A stretch of DNA of 64,000 nt from the human T2T-CHM13v2.0 reference genome, Homo sapiens, in assembly GCF_009914755.1 (NCBI RefSeq), contig NC_060934.1, one strand, 5' to 3'. The notes under the pieces are model-generated. The model was not told the origin of the DNA and did not search any database. It saw nothing but the letters and a program-made list of their open reading frames with translations. Shown piece by piece: positions 34,031 to 48,192 of the stretch (position 1 is its first letter; the number at the start of each line of letters is the position of its first letter). Both the position numbers and the translations under genes were made by a program.

Positions 34031-36112
34031 TTATTTTTCTATCTTATCTCTTTGAGAGTCTTAAGTAACTTAGGGGAAAATTCTGAAACTAGTTAAATCC
34101 GGGGCCTGCTGTATACAGGGCAGAGAACTTAGTTTCTGTTTTGCAGAAACAGGTTGTAAATAAGTAAGTTCAGAAAATAAGAGGATTTCCACTTGCAATA
34201 AGGGTTAGGAGGGAAATAAACACAGTGAGGTGGGAAAAATAATTGTGGTTGGGTTGGTGTGAGAGTAGAAAAGGATGGGGAGTTGGACAAGATGGCAGCT
34301 GAAGTCTGAGCATGAGAAGGGGCTGGGACAGGAAATTCTGAGGAAGAGATAATAGTGAATGCAGGGACTCAGAAGGGGAGCCTGCTGGGCATGTTTTTGG
34401 GGTGGCATCATGGCTGATGCAGAGGGAGTTGAGAAAGATAACATTTTTTCTTTTTTACTAGTGGTTTAGACTTAACTAACCAAGTTAATGGTGCAAACAG
34501 TAAACACATTAGCAGAGACAGGCATGAATGAGAGAAGCAGCAGCCGGGGCCAGGTGCTGTAGGATTAAGGTAACGAGCTCACCTGCCTTCAGGGCCAGAC
34601 CAGTACCTTGACTTAGTGAAGACAGTGTGGGCTTAACTTTTGTTCAATTTTTAATAGAGACATAAGTGTAGAGAAATATTGCTCTGAGAAAAACAGCAAA
34701 CACCATGATAAATGGCAAGTGAGCAGTACAATGCCATGATGATGATGGCAAGTGGCCTTTGACCTCGCAGTCAGAGAAGTAGTAGGGACTGGGAGCAGCT
34801 CAGAGCCTGCTGGCCCTGACTCAAGGGGGCAGCTGTTTCTCAGTGCCAGCCAAGCATTGCCATGTGGGAATGTGAGTGGTCTGTGCTAAATTTGCCAAGT
34901 TTTCCAGAGAACCAGAAATCTGAATTGTTCTATGAAGTTCCCAGATTTAAAAATGTTGGCTCAAACTTTAAAAAACCTTACAATGAATAGACAAAATGCA
35001 TCTGTGGGCTTACAGTCTGAAACATCTGCTGTAAGCCCTTTTATATTATGATAAAGGGGGCTCATGAAGTTTGATGTATGTGAACCATTTCCTTGTGCCC
35101 GGTACGTAGCCAGTACTGAGGAGAAAAAGGTACTTATTATTGATTGCACCCTTGATGTGTTTAGGTTGTTTTCACCATTAATATATTTAATGAACTCTCA
35201 ATCCATATTAAAGATAAATATTATCCCAGTCTAATTCAAGTGATTAAATTAATACATGATTTTTTTTTGCTGTTTGCATATTGGTTAGTAGTTTGCTCTA
35301 TTAGTTTGGTTAATTCTATGTTTGTCTTACATGAGCAAACATTAATCTAGTGTAATTCACGTAAAATTAGTGAGGAACAGAGGACGCACATTTTAAATCC
35401 TGTTCTTTTCTTATTTACCGTCCATTTCCGTTGCTGGGCAGTCGTTGCTTCCCTCACTTGTCCTGGTGCTTCCACTCATTCAGGTCTTGAGACCTCCTAG
35501 ACAGTGTTAGCTGCATGTGCAAGTGGGAAGGACCTTTGGCAAAAATGCCATTCTGAACCAGGCAAAGGATGATGGGGAATGCAGTCTTACGACGTGATGT
35601 TGCGTTTAGAGGGTTTTCATCAGTTTTAATGAAATACAAATGCACCCAAAGCAAGTTATTTTTTCCCCCAGGGAAAAAAATCTTCATTTAGTATGGTCTA
35701 ACTCATGCAGTTTTGTATTACAGGAATCGTGTTTGGTGTGTTGCAATCCCTTGGCAATTGTCTTGGGGAATTTTATTCAGCACAAGCATCTCTGATGGTT
35801 CTGGCATCAAGTTGGGTTAATTACTTGTTCATGTACTTTTTGGTTTGTGTCTATGTTAAAATTCTGAAGCATTGTGGAGAGGAACACTGGGAGTAACAAA
35901 ATATATTTGAATATTTCTAATAGATTAAAGGCTTATAAAAACATCTCTTTTCCCCCCAGGGTTTTTTTTTTCTTTGCATTGTTTTCAAATGAGATCATTT
36001 TGTATGAACATGAACTTAGGAACTTGAAAATAAACTTTTTTGTGTGTGAAAAATCTTATCTGTAAATACAAGTTTTTAATTGAGTCAATATTTCTCTCAA
36101 TTTTTGTTACAG

Positions 36113-36182
36113 ATCATGGAGGAAACAAATACGCAGATTGCTTGGCCATCAAAACTGAAGATCGGAGCCAAATCCAAGAAAG
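36113..36182 (+). CDS. BICC1: Internal coding exon (exon 3 by recall) of BicC family RNA-binding protein 1, N-terminal KH region
   Basis: Pyrimidine tract plus AG (36111-12) and AAG|GTAAAT donor (GT 36183-84). The 70 nt encode IMEETNTQIAWPSKLKIGAKSKK plus 1 nt, matching recalled human BICC1 residues 80-102. The FAM133 retrocopy in the next intron fits the known FAM133CP location. Confidence 0.95.
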
Positions 36183-37203
36183 GTAAATTGTGAGAGGGCA
36201 AGAAATAGGTGGTTTTGATAACTGAGATTATGGAATTACTGCAGGTTTGCTGGGGAGAAAACTAACCTTTATTCTTAACACTTTTGTCCCAAAATGTTTG
36301 TTAAGTAGCAGTCTTTCAGGAGGATTTTCATAATTAAAAATTATAGTTTTTATCCAACAACAGAAAAATATTAAGTATTAACATTATGATAGAAATGTAA
36401 TTATGAAAGATATAGCAACCTGTGATTTCAAGGATGCTTATTCGATTGATATCCATGAGTCATGGTAACTCTTCACATGTTTTTAACACATAAATTTCTA
36501 TTGTTTATATTTCAGGGTTCTTTTTTATGTACTACACAGATTTAATAGCTGGTTTTTTTTTTCCCTCCAGTATGATATGAACCTTAGATTTCAGGTCTCG
36601 AGTGCTGCTTGTCTTCATCTATCAGACAGCAAAGAACCCACTAGATTTCTCTTTTAGGCTGAGTGTTTCCCTTGCCTGGTTTCACCCTATGGGACACTAC
36701 CCAGTGCATAGATGTTCAGAAATGAAACTAAAGGCCTCCCTAGTTTTCTCCCTGGATTACATAGTGTTTTCAAATGTGACCTGCCAATATATATTTTTAT
36801 GGATAGTTTTTAAAGTATGACCTTAGTCTCAACAAACTTTGTGGAGTATATTTCATTAGAAGAATGCAGATGCATGTAGTTGTCAGGATGTAATGACAAA
36901 TACCATCAAACAATTAAAAAATAATTGCAGTCTGAGCTGCAATTATCCATCATGGTCTGGCATTGTTATTGCTGCTGTTTAGTTTTGTATTTGCTGCCCC
37001 TTCTCGCCATGACTTACTACTAAATGATAACACTGTAAGATTTCTCAGTTTCCTTTCTTACTTCAGTCCAGTTTGCCTTCTTTTAATTGCATTTCGTTAG
37101 AGTTACTCATCACATGGAATAAAAATTATTTTAGTTATTTAGTGAGTGTTGTTAGCTGGACTTGAATTGACTGGAATTCCTGTAGAAACTCCTATCTTGC
37201 TAC

Positions 37204-37505
37204 TTTTTTTTTTTTTTTTTTTGGAGACAGGGTCTCACTCTGTCACCCAGGCTGGAGTGCAGTGGCACGATCATGGCACACTGCAGCCTTACCCTCCCAG
37301 GCTCAAGCCATCCTCCCACCACAGACTCAAGTAGCTGGGACTATAGGCGCACACCACCATGCTTGGGTAATGTTTGCATTTTTTGTAGAGATGGAGTTTC
37401 ACTATATGTTGCTCAGGCTGGTCTTGAACTCCTGAGTTCAAGCAATTCTCCTGCCTTGATCTTCCAGAGTGTTGGGATTACAGGTGTGAGCCACCGCACC
37501 CAGCC
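37204..37505 (-). mobile_element. AluJ
   Basis: Poly-T then 'gagacagggtctcactctgtcacccaggctgg...gagccaccgcacccagcc'. Confidence 0.93.
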
Positions 37506-39744
37506 TTGTTACCTTCTTAATTGTTATCATGGGCGGCAAGGAATTGGGAACTTATATGCTAAATAATCATAAGAAGACATGGTGAATTTGCAAGTGCAAT
37601 TCTGTATCTTTGTATAAGCCTGTATTTCTCAAGTGGTGTAGAATATATTCTTAATTAATCTTCAGTAATTTTTGTGGTATGTTGGAATGTTTTGTACTCA
37701 TTATGCAGAAGAAGAAACTGCCGTTCATGGATTATCTAGCTGTTTGCAGCATTTAAAAATTTCTGTCCTACTACTTGAATAAATTGGAACTTGAACATAG
37801 ACTAAATCTTCTTTCCCTGTTGTCAGGCATTTTTACTTAAAGAATAAAATTAGCTTTATTACTAGCCTAATAAAAATGCAACTTAATCAGTCTCCAAAGA
37901 AAATCCCCAAGGAAACATGAACATTTAAACAATGCTAGATAACTTTTTATGTCTTATTCTCTTGCAGTATCCATGCTGTTGTTTTCCTCTCCCCTATGCC
38001 ATTATCCTGAGAAACTGAGAACTGATTAGTTTTTGTTCAAGATGTGGTGGCAACATTAGACATTTCAGAAAATGTGGAGCTGAATAGATTTTATTCATTG
38101 GTTTCTTGTCATTGACACTTAACCCATTCAAAATGGCCAACTATATTGCACATTTTGATTATATATTTTGCTTTGGAATTAAGAATATTTCAGCAGTACA
38201 TTCGAGGGTGTTTGGCATAATTTCCACCTGGTTAAAATTAACCTTTGGAACTATGCCTAAGAATTGATCCCTTCAGGCCTGGATCTATAGACATCATTTA
38301 TTTTGTATTATTTATGAAGTGTTATGGATGTATATAGTACTATATGATGCGCAGAATGCACTTAAAGAGAACATGGAAGGGAGAGAATCAGAAGTTTGCC
38401 TCAGAGGAATTTACTGTTGAGAATTTACTTGAGTTGCTCTTATCATTTAAGCACACAGCTGCTGAATCAGTTCTTGGCTAACATCCCTGGTATGTGTATA
38501 CCTATATTATTTTTTAAATGATTCACTTCAGAGATGCAATTTTTGGACCATAATTTGTATTTAATAAAAGTGAAATGAAAATGGCAGGAAGAATGTTAGA
38601 AGGTAATTATTTGCTCTTTGATCTGATGTGGCTTTTCCTTCTCACCCCTGAGTGTTGCAGAGGAAGGAATTGTTGGTATTTAGAGCTTTTTCATTCCAGA
38701 CTATTATTATTCAAGAGACCCAAGAATATAAATGTATTTAGGGACTCATGCCGTGTTTTGGATGATTATTACATTCTAAATCCCATGGTGATGTGAAACT
38801 TTGGAATATACACATAATCCCCAGGCTGAGCTAGAGAGACAGTACAGCCATAGGTTTGTGTTGCATTTCACTTTGGAGTTTCTAAAATGCATGTTGGCTA
38901 AATATTTGAGCCTAGACAAACATTTTTCATGGTCACTGTTACCACAGTTTGCCCCCTTCTTTACCTTACTGGAATTTAGTCCTGTGTTTCCTAAATTAGC
39001 TTCCATAGCTCTGTCTAAACTTTACTTTTTAAGCCATTAATCCTTTATCGAGAGCAGCTGTGTGAGTGGCCGTATGGCTCACTTGCTTGAAGAGCTGGAA
39101 GGAAGCTGCCTGGCAAGAAGGCAAGCAGCCAACAGCCTGAATTTGCCATCAGTTAGAGAGTTCAGATTCTTCTCCTCTAAAGATGTTGGCTTAGTAGTTC
39201 TGAGGCTGGTACTGGGAGCTGCTATATTTAACAAGTTTCACTACTTGTTCTTATGGTCAGACTGAGTTTGGGAAACACAAATCTCACCATCTGATATGGA
39301 AATATCACTAAGAAGACCATGTGTTCTGAAGGCAAAGGGTGACCACTACTGAGAAACAGCAGAGTCCTTCTACAGTCGCTTCTGGATAATGCCCATCTTG
39401 GCATCTATAGAACTGCATTTTTATGGATGCATTAATTTCATTTTTCTATCATCTTTGTAGTCAGTTAACGTGGATTAGTTTAGAGTGATGCCAACCTCAT
39501 TGTTCTGTGCCTGTGCTAAATGTTGGATAAAAGACCATCTAATTTTTGTCCATTCCCTTTCCTCCTCCCTTTCTTATCATCTCACTTTTCTTTCTTACCT
39601 TTCACTCCACTTTCATTCTTCTGTGACCGTATTCTAGATGGAATATAGTAGGGGCAAAAGTAATAGAAATATTTTCATGTGCACAGGGCATTTTAGGGAA
39701 GTGCATGTTTTGTGATATAAACTAAGGAACTATAGAATTATTTA

Positions 39745-39890
39745 AACTTTTTTTAATTTTAGATTCAGGGGTACATGTGCATATTTTTTACATGGGTTTA
39801 TTGCATACTGGTGGAGATTGGGCTTTTAGTGTTACTGTTACACAGATAGTGAACATGGTACCCAATTGGTAATTTTTCAAGGCCTTGCCC
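39745..39890 (-). mobile_element. Short L1PB/L1MA 3' end
   Basis: 'tttttagattcaggggtacatgtgc...tagtgaacatggtacccaattggtaatttttcaa'; degenerate TSD tagaatt(a/t)ttt. Confidence 0.75.
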
Positions 39891-40564
39891 TAGAATTTTT
39901 TAAAACATCTCTAGAGTATTTGAAATTATTGGAAGGTTGAGTCATCATTAGAGCTGGAGAGAACTGAGAATTTAAGGTTCAGTATAATGGACATTTAAAT
40001 GGGTGACTGTAGAATTGTCTTAAAGAGGGTCACGATTAAGAACAACAAAGCAATATTTGATATTTCTTCTGTATCACGTAAATTTATTTTGAGTGGATAA
40101 AAATTTAACTCCTTCTGACTCTTAGATTGAGAATACTAGAACAGTCTCCTTTACATTGAAAAATTTGAGGTTTGTGCCTGTGAAACCAGTATTTAGGGAT
40201 TAAGGTGTTTAATACCATACACCCTTACCAACAGAATAACTTCAAGGACTCATTAAAATTTTGAACATGCTATTCTGAATCATAGCCTTAATATTTTAAA
40301 ATAAATGCAGCTTCATTAAAGTGCAAATTGCATTCTTAACAAATTTGATTGTTTTGCCAAATAGAAGTCCTGCCAGACCTGCTTTAAGAAATACATAAAA
40401 ATGATTTGCAATGAGCATTTATCACACTGGTATATTGTGCTGTGAGCTTCATGATGCTAGATAAGTTTGTTTTCTTAAACAAGGTAAACATTTTTCTCAC
40501 AGTCTTCTTTTGCTCTTAATCTGCTCATCAGTCTCTTCTTAGACTGGCGAAGGTGAACGGTAAA

Positions 40565-40936
40565 TGATATGGTTTGGCTGTGTCCCCACCCAAATCTCAT
40601 CTTGAATTGTAATCCCCTTTATCCCCAGATGTCAAAGGAGAGATCTGGTGGGAGGTGATTGGATCATGGGGGTGGTTTCCTTCCACGCTGTTCTCATGAT
40701 AGTGAATGAGTTCTCACAAGATCTGATGAGTTTAAAACTGTTTGAAAGTTCTTCCTTCCCACGCCCTCTCTCCCCTGCTGCCATGTAAGATGTGCCTGCT
40801 TTCCCTTCTGCCATGAATGTAAGTTTCCTGAGGCCTCCCCAGGCATGCAGAACTGTGGGTCAATTAAAGCTCTTTCCTTTATAAATTACCCAATCTCAGG
40901 TATTTCTTTATTGCACTATGAAAACAGACTAATACA
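40565..40936 (+). mobile_element. THE1(D-like) MaLR solo LTR
   Basis: Starts TGATATGGTTTGGCTGTGTCCCCACCCAAATCTC and ends GACTAATACA. Confidence 0.92.
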
Positions 40937-41579
40937 GTGAGTAAAAAAAATGTTTAAAGTTTTTAAGCCAAATTTCAAATAACTGAGGTCAGCATGAGTG
41001 AAGCTTTATTGCAGAGTTAAACCAAGTGATAGGAACTAATCCCTGCAAGTGGTCCTTGCATGATGACTTAGGAAACCCCAGGACTAGCAGGAATGAGAGG
41101 CATTGACTGGGTTACTTGATGTTTCCTGGTTTGGAGACAATTTGGCACCAAGTTTAGCCATTCTCTTCCTCCCAGAATCAACAAAAGAATCTTCGTAATT
41201 CCATGAGGTTTTATTGTTTTTGGTTACATTTTATCAGAACAAGTAGGTATCTAATAGAAAATGTTAGCATGAGAAAAATAGTAGACAGTTCGTTTTGTTT
41301 TTTCCAGAAGAAAATGTTTTGTTGAGTATGCTTACACTTTTATTGGGTGTTCATAGTGAACTAGTTAGTTGAGGGCTTTAACATAGTTGTACTTAAAGGG
41401 CTGAGGGCACGGAAGAGGCATGGCAGGGCATGGCATGCTGGACCAAAGTGTTGCTAATGGTGGGTTGCAACCTATTCGTGTGTCAGGTGTTAGGTTAGTG
41501 CGTCGCAGCCAATAGTAAAATAACCCAACTAGGTTAAAAAAAAATAGAGTGTAAGGGCATTGTTTGTTATTAAATTTTT

Positions 41580-42353
<774 letters not shown>

Positions 42354-42428
42354 TGATAGAATACTTTACATATTTATAGAGTACAGTATGATATTTCAAT
42401 ACAAGTATACCAGATGTAATGCTCCAAG

Positions 42429-43053
42429 TGAAGCGGCATCATTGTCTGGGGTAAATTCCTGAGGTTCGTTGTCTCATGCCAAGGAAATCAAGGACACGGA
42501 CACACATGGAGTGAGGTTAAGAGCAGAGGTTTAATAGGCAAAAGAAAGAGAAAGGAGAACAGCTCCCTCTCCTACAAGAGAGACTTCCAGCCTGCAGTAG
42601 AGTGCACAGGGTTTTATAGACAGGCTTGAAGAAATGGTGTCTGATATACATAGGGCCCGAAGATTGGTTGGACCAGGTGTGATGTTTACATAGCACGTGA
42701 AGAAGCTGGCCACTCCACCCTAATCTTTTACTATGCAAATGGGGTCTCTACTTGGCCTGTGCCATGTTGCCTGCTCCTTACTGTGCACGTGGTTGACAAG
42801 GAAAGGGGAAGATGGAGCTGCCGTGTTGGACCTACCTAGCCCCCAGGTGGTCTTTTCCTAGTGGCACAGTTGCTGGCATTCACCCATGCAAGCTTCCAGC
42901 TTGCTTGTCTATGTTTGCAGCTCGATTTTACTGGCTGCTCTTTGTTAGACAAGAAAATGATTTGGGGGCTACTTTTCCTTAAAAGGAAAACCTTACTGAG
43001 GACTTCTTACCCTTACTATCTGCCTAAATAGTATTCTCTTAACTCCTATATCA
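42429..43053 (-). mobile_element. MER51A-type ERV1 solo LTR
   Basis: Starts 'tgaagcggcatcattgtctggggtaaat' and ends 'aactcctatatca'; 4-bp TSD CAAG (42425-28 and 43054-57). Confidence 0.88.
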
Positions 43054-44089
43054 CAAGCAGGGTAATTAGCATATCCATCACCTCCAGCATTTATTATTCT
43101 TTGTGTTGGGAATATTAAAAATCCTCTCTTGTAGCTATTTGAAAATATATAATAAATTATATTTAACTGTAGTCACCCTACAGTGCTACAGAACACTAGG
43201 ATTTATTCTTCCAATCTAGATCTTACCTTTGTAACTGTTAACCAACCTTTCTCTATACCACCGTCCCACACCACACCTTTCCCAGCCTCTAGTACTCATT
43301 GTTCTGTTCTCTACTTCTGTGAGATCAACTTTTTTCTCTTCCACATATGAGTGAGAACATGCAGTATTTATCTTTCTGAACCTGGCTTATTTCAGTAAGG
43401 GTATTGTTTAGTAAAACTTTCATATGCGTCTGTTTATGTGCAAACATACACCTGTGCACAAATATATTAGTAGGTCATGATATAAAATGGATGACAAAGG
43501 TTGTAGAACACTGTGCTAGGTGGTCAGCTCTCCAAAGGGTAAGGAGCACGTGGATTTTGTGAATCCGTCTATCCCTAACACTGTAACCAGTTCATAGTTG
43601 GCACTCAGTAAGTGTTTGTAGATTGAGCCCTCAACTCAATCATGGAAACAGTGGAACCACTAATACAGATGGGAATGTATATCCCTAAGGTGTGTCATGT
43701 AGGAAAAAGATTTAGAATTATTGCCTTCCCAGATGAGTGATAATCACTGTTATGAAAATTATCCACTACTGATATCTTCCCTATAGACCCCTTAAGTAAA
43801 AAAATGTGGGACATGATTGTGACTAAACCTTCTTTAGTGGTTCTGAATAGTCCTAATGATGACTGCCTGCACTAATGAGGGAAGTGGAAGGAAACTTAGG
43901 GACAATGACCTGATCATTGTCATTCACAGGACACCTGAATGAGTGAAACTCCGGTGCCATTCTCAGTAAGCTTTTAAATGAGACTTAACAAGACACAGCC
44001 TCCTGGTAGACCTCCAGACTATAGTTGTTTTGGTTGTGGTTATTTTAATTAGTATTTATTTACATAATTAGCGATTATGTAAGTGGGTC

Positions 44090-44335
44090 CTACCATTTGT
44101 TGAAACCTCCTGGGGTCAGGCACTGTGCTAAATATTTTATGTACATAATCTTTTCAAATTATCAGTGAGTGATACCACCAAACTCTATGAGTGAGGTGGT
44201 AGTATTTTCATTTTCGGATGAAGAAACTAAAGCCAGTAAAGGTAGGTTAGTTTGCCCATGGTTTTCCAGTTGGTAAGTAGCAGACCTCAAACCCAAATTC
44301 AGGTCTGTTTGTTTCCAGAACTCCAAATCACTGTA
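44090..44335 (-). mobile_element. MIR
   Basis: 'caggcactgtgctaaatatttta...cattttcggatgaagaaactaaagc...ttgcccatgg'. Confidence 0.75.
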
Positions 44336-44892
44336 CTCAAATGCCCTTTCACACCCATACCTTCCATGGTGCTTTTCCCTATTCCAGGAAGTTCCATAAT
44401 GTATAATAATATCTCTTCAGCAACCATTGCCAAGATTAGCTGATGATGCTCAGTCCAGTTTCATAATGTCTCAGTCCTTGCAGATTACAGAGATTACAGA
44501 GATTTGAAGGTAGGCTAAGGTTAGCATTTCTTGTAGACAACACCTCTTTTTTCAGGGGAAATTAGATTTTACCGTTTAAAAAGATGAAACCACTCAAAGG
44601 TGTGTACATTTTTGAAAAGTGCTTGCCTCTGAATTTTACCTTGATATTTCATGCCATGTGTTATTTCCTTAGGCAGAGACTTTTTGATATGTCATTAAAC
44701 AACTTTGAAAAAATGAATTTGGAAGGAAAATAAACCCAGAATATGTTATAAATTGCTTGTTGTGTTGGTTTTCTTTTACATGTATATGTGTGTGTGTGGT
44801 TTTTTTCTGTATGTGTGGTTGAAATCTTCGAAAGTACTGTTTGTCACATACCTGAGGACCTGTGTATTTCTTCTGGGTAGAAAAATGTGTGG

Positions 44893-45195
44893 TTTTGTTG
44901 TTGTTGTTCTTGTTTTTGAGATAGGGACTTGCTCCTTTGCCCAGGCTGGAGTGCAGTGGCATGATCATAGCTCGGTGCAGCCTTGGCCTCCATGACTTAA
45001 GTGATCATCTCACCTCAGCCTCCCAAGTAGCTGGGACTACAGGTGCAAGCCACCATACCTGGCTAATGTTTAAATTTTTGTGGAGTTGGGGTCTCGCTGC
45101 ATTACCCAGGCTGGTCTCAAACTCCTGGGCTCAAGCTATCCTCCCACCTCAGCCTCCCAAAGTATTAGGATTACAGGCATGAGCCTCTGTGCCTA
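44893..45195 (-). mobile_element. AluJ
   Basis: (TTG)n tail and AluJ-type body ('aactcctgggctcaagctatcctcccacctcagcc'). Confidence 0.9.
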
Positions 45196-45954
45196 CAGAA
45201 TATTTTGTACTTAAAACTTTTGTATATATTATTAAGATCATCACTTGGTGAATGCTAATCGAGGGCCAAGAGTAGAAATTCACCCAAAGAGTTGAATAAG
45301 TTGTATGCAATGTACCAATAGTCACTGTGGCTAGAGAGAGCATGGTCTAAATAGGACCACTCAGAGGAGAACAGAGACCTGGGCCATTCCAGTTCTTGAA
45401 GATCCCAGTATACTTCAACAATAAAAATTTTATAAAAAGACTACTTTTAGATATTCAGTTTTTCAGTGCATCTCTTTCTACATGAATAACTGTATTTGTA
45501 GATAGTGCCAAACATGCACATTTGAGATCCTTTTCGAATATGTATTTTCTCACACTCACAGACACACAGCGCACACATCATTTTACAGGTGAGACAGCTC
45601 ATGTTCGGTGACCTATTAGCAAGACTGAGGACCTGAGCTTGGGTTCATTTCTTGATCTCCAGCTAGTTCCGCCTTCTTCTCTTCTGAAGGTCCCAGGTAT
45701 TGGCTTGTTTGCTTATCTTATAACTGCTGCAAACTAGCTGTTCTTTCCAATCTTTTTTCTCTCTCTCCTGTACCAGGGTCAGAGAGGAAAATGGTCTCAG
45801 CTTTTCAGTTATCTTCTCAAGCCTAAATAAGCAAATATATCTGGTAGTTTTTTTTTTTGTTTTTTTTTTTTTAAAGATATTTTCCCTTAACTTAGAAATG
45901 AAACAAATTTTCAGTGGAATAGAGAGGTGAGAAAGTAAGTAAAAAAGTGAAAAC

Positions 45955-47010
45955 ATCAACAGAAAGACAAGCCAGAGACGGGGAGAAAATATTTGCAAAA
46001 GACACATCTGATGAAGAACTGTTACTCAAAATATACAAAGAACTTTTTAAAACCTAACAATAAGAAAACAACCTGATTTTAAAAGTGGGTCAAAGATCTT
46101 AACAGACACCTCACCAAAGAAGATATACAGATGGCAAATAAGCATGTGAAAAGATCCTCAACATCATGTACCATTAGAGTTGCAAATTAGAACCGTTAAG
46201 ATATCACTACCTACCTGTTAGAATGGTTGAAATCCCAAACACTGACAACACCAAATGCTGGTGAGAATGTGGAGCCATAGGAACTCTCATTCATTCTTGG
46301 TGGGAATGCAAAATGGTACAGCTACTTTGGAAGATGGTTTTGCAGTTTCTTGTAGAATTAAACATGCTGTTACCATATGATGCAGCTGTCTCTCTCCTTG
46401 GCATTTATCCAGGGGAGTTGAAAACTTATGTCTGCACAAAAACCTGCACATGGAACAGAAGCTTATAGCAGCTTTATTTGTAATTATCAAAACTCGGAAA
46501 CAACCAAGATGTCCTTCAGTAGGTGAATGGATAAATGTGGTACGTTGACACAATGAAATATTATTCAGTGCTAAAAAGATATGAGCTATCAAACTATGAA
46601 AGGGCATGGAGGATTCAATCTTAAATGCATTATACTAAGTGAAAGAAGCCAGTCTGGAAAGGCTACATACTTTATGATTTCAACTCTATGTCATTGTAGA
46701 AAAAGCAAAACTTTGGAGACAGTAAAAAGATCAGTGGTTATCAGGGACTTCGTGGGAGGGAAAAATAGGCAGAGCACAGAGCATTCTTAGGGCAGTGAAA
46801 TTATTCTGTATGATTTACAATGGTGACTATATGTCATTGTACATTTGTCAAGGCCCATAGAACAGGTTTTGAAGTTGATGTGATGTTGACAGTCCCCGGG
46901 GAGGCTGTGCCTGCGTATAGAAAGCAGCGTATGGGAATTCTCTGTACTTTCCACTTGATTTTGCTCTGAGCCGGAAACTGCCCTGAAAAATAAAGTCTAT
47001 ATTTAAAAAA
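45955..47010 (+). mobile_element. L1MC1-like 3' portion
   Basis: ORF2 end plus L1MC 3'UTR ('ggagacagtaaaaagatcagtggtt...gggcagtgaaattattctgtatgat...aaaaataaagtctat'). Confidence 0.8.
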
Positions 47011-47220
47011 ATAGTCGTAGATACTAGACACAGCATTTTTATCAGCATTTTAAAATATACTATATGCAAAGATAATATTATATGGTCAAGAATAACTCCT
47101 TAATGTATAAATTTAAAAGCACCATGAAATCTCTTAAGAAACAATCAGAAGTTTTATAAAATTTTAAAAAAGGAAAGTGAGGAAAATGCCTAAATTAAAC
47201 AGTAAAACACACCCAGTTAT

Positions 47221-47239
47221 TCAACACCAGGTGGCGACT
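47221..47239 (+). promoter_or_regulatory. Candidate CTCF motif
   Basis: tcaACACCAGGTGGCGAct against the core consensus CCACCAGG(G/T)GGCGC. CpG retained, unique sequence. Motif match only. Confidence 0.4.
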
Positions 47240-47978
47240 GGACTGGGTCTGGATTTTTCTTAGCTTGCCTGACTCTGTGACTGCTGCTCTCTGCTTTCTT
47301 GGGCTCCTTCTCCCTCAATCTTCCTGTTTCCAGAACAGATGCTTTTTATGTCCTCTTGCCTGTGGTGACATCCCAGGATCCCTTCCATCTGCAGTTTTTT
47401 CTTACCTGTTAAACTTTATGAGGAGGAAAGGAGAAAATATTGATTATTTACCTGTTTTGTAATAGGCATTATAATAGATGCCTGTTGTAATCTCTTTTAA
47501 TCCTCACAATAACCCACATGAAGGAGTGTTATTCTCCCCATTATATATATTAATAACTAATGTGAAAGATGATATAATTTGTTGAAGGCCAGTGAATTGT
47601 AAGTGATGTAGTTTGGATATAAACCTTGGTTTCAAAATTCAAGACACGGTAATCTGTCCATTCTGTAAGAAGCAAGCACATAAGTGCTAATGATGAGTGT
47701 TTGGTCACACACAAAAAATAAAGATTTACTAACACATTTATTTAAGAAAACTCAGACTTAAGCTACATTTGGTTCTTAAGTGTCTTCTTCAAAAAGAAAG
47801 GCAATCTTGGGTAATTCCTCACCTGACTTTTAGAAGTGTGCTAGACCTCTGTCTTTTAAAAATGTTCAGCCTACGTTTATTTTTATTATTCTTGTTCTTC
47901 ATGGTATCTTTCTTTCCTTTTCTCCTTTTTTGAGATCCATTAAGGATTTTACTGTGATTTATAAACTTTCTTCTGGAA

Positions 47979-48192
47979 TGGTGGTTCTCCACCTGAGGTG
48001 ATTTTATTCCACAGGGATCATTTGGCAATATCTGGAGACATTTTTCATTGTTACAGCTGGGAGAGGGTGCTACTGGCATCTAGAGGGTAGAGCCGAGGGC
48101 CGCTGCTAAACATCCTACCCTGCAGAAGACAGCCGCCTCAACACAAAATTATCTAGCACAAAACGCCAGTAGCTCAAGGTTGAGAAATGCTG
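47979..48192 (+). mobile_element. MER20 (hAT-Charlie)
   Basis: 'gtggttctccacc...catttggcaatatctggagacattttt...tgctactggcatctag...gctgctaaacatcctac...ggttgagaaatgctg'. Confidence 0.88.

Noticed and set aside
33735-37505. Alu pair promoting circularisation of the BICC1 exon
   Set aside because: Both flanking AluJ elements are in the same orientation, so they cannot pair.
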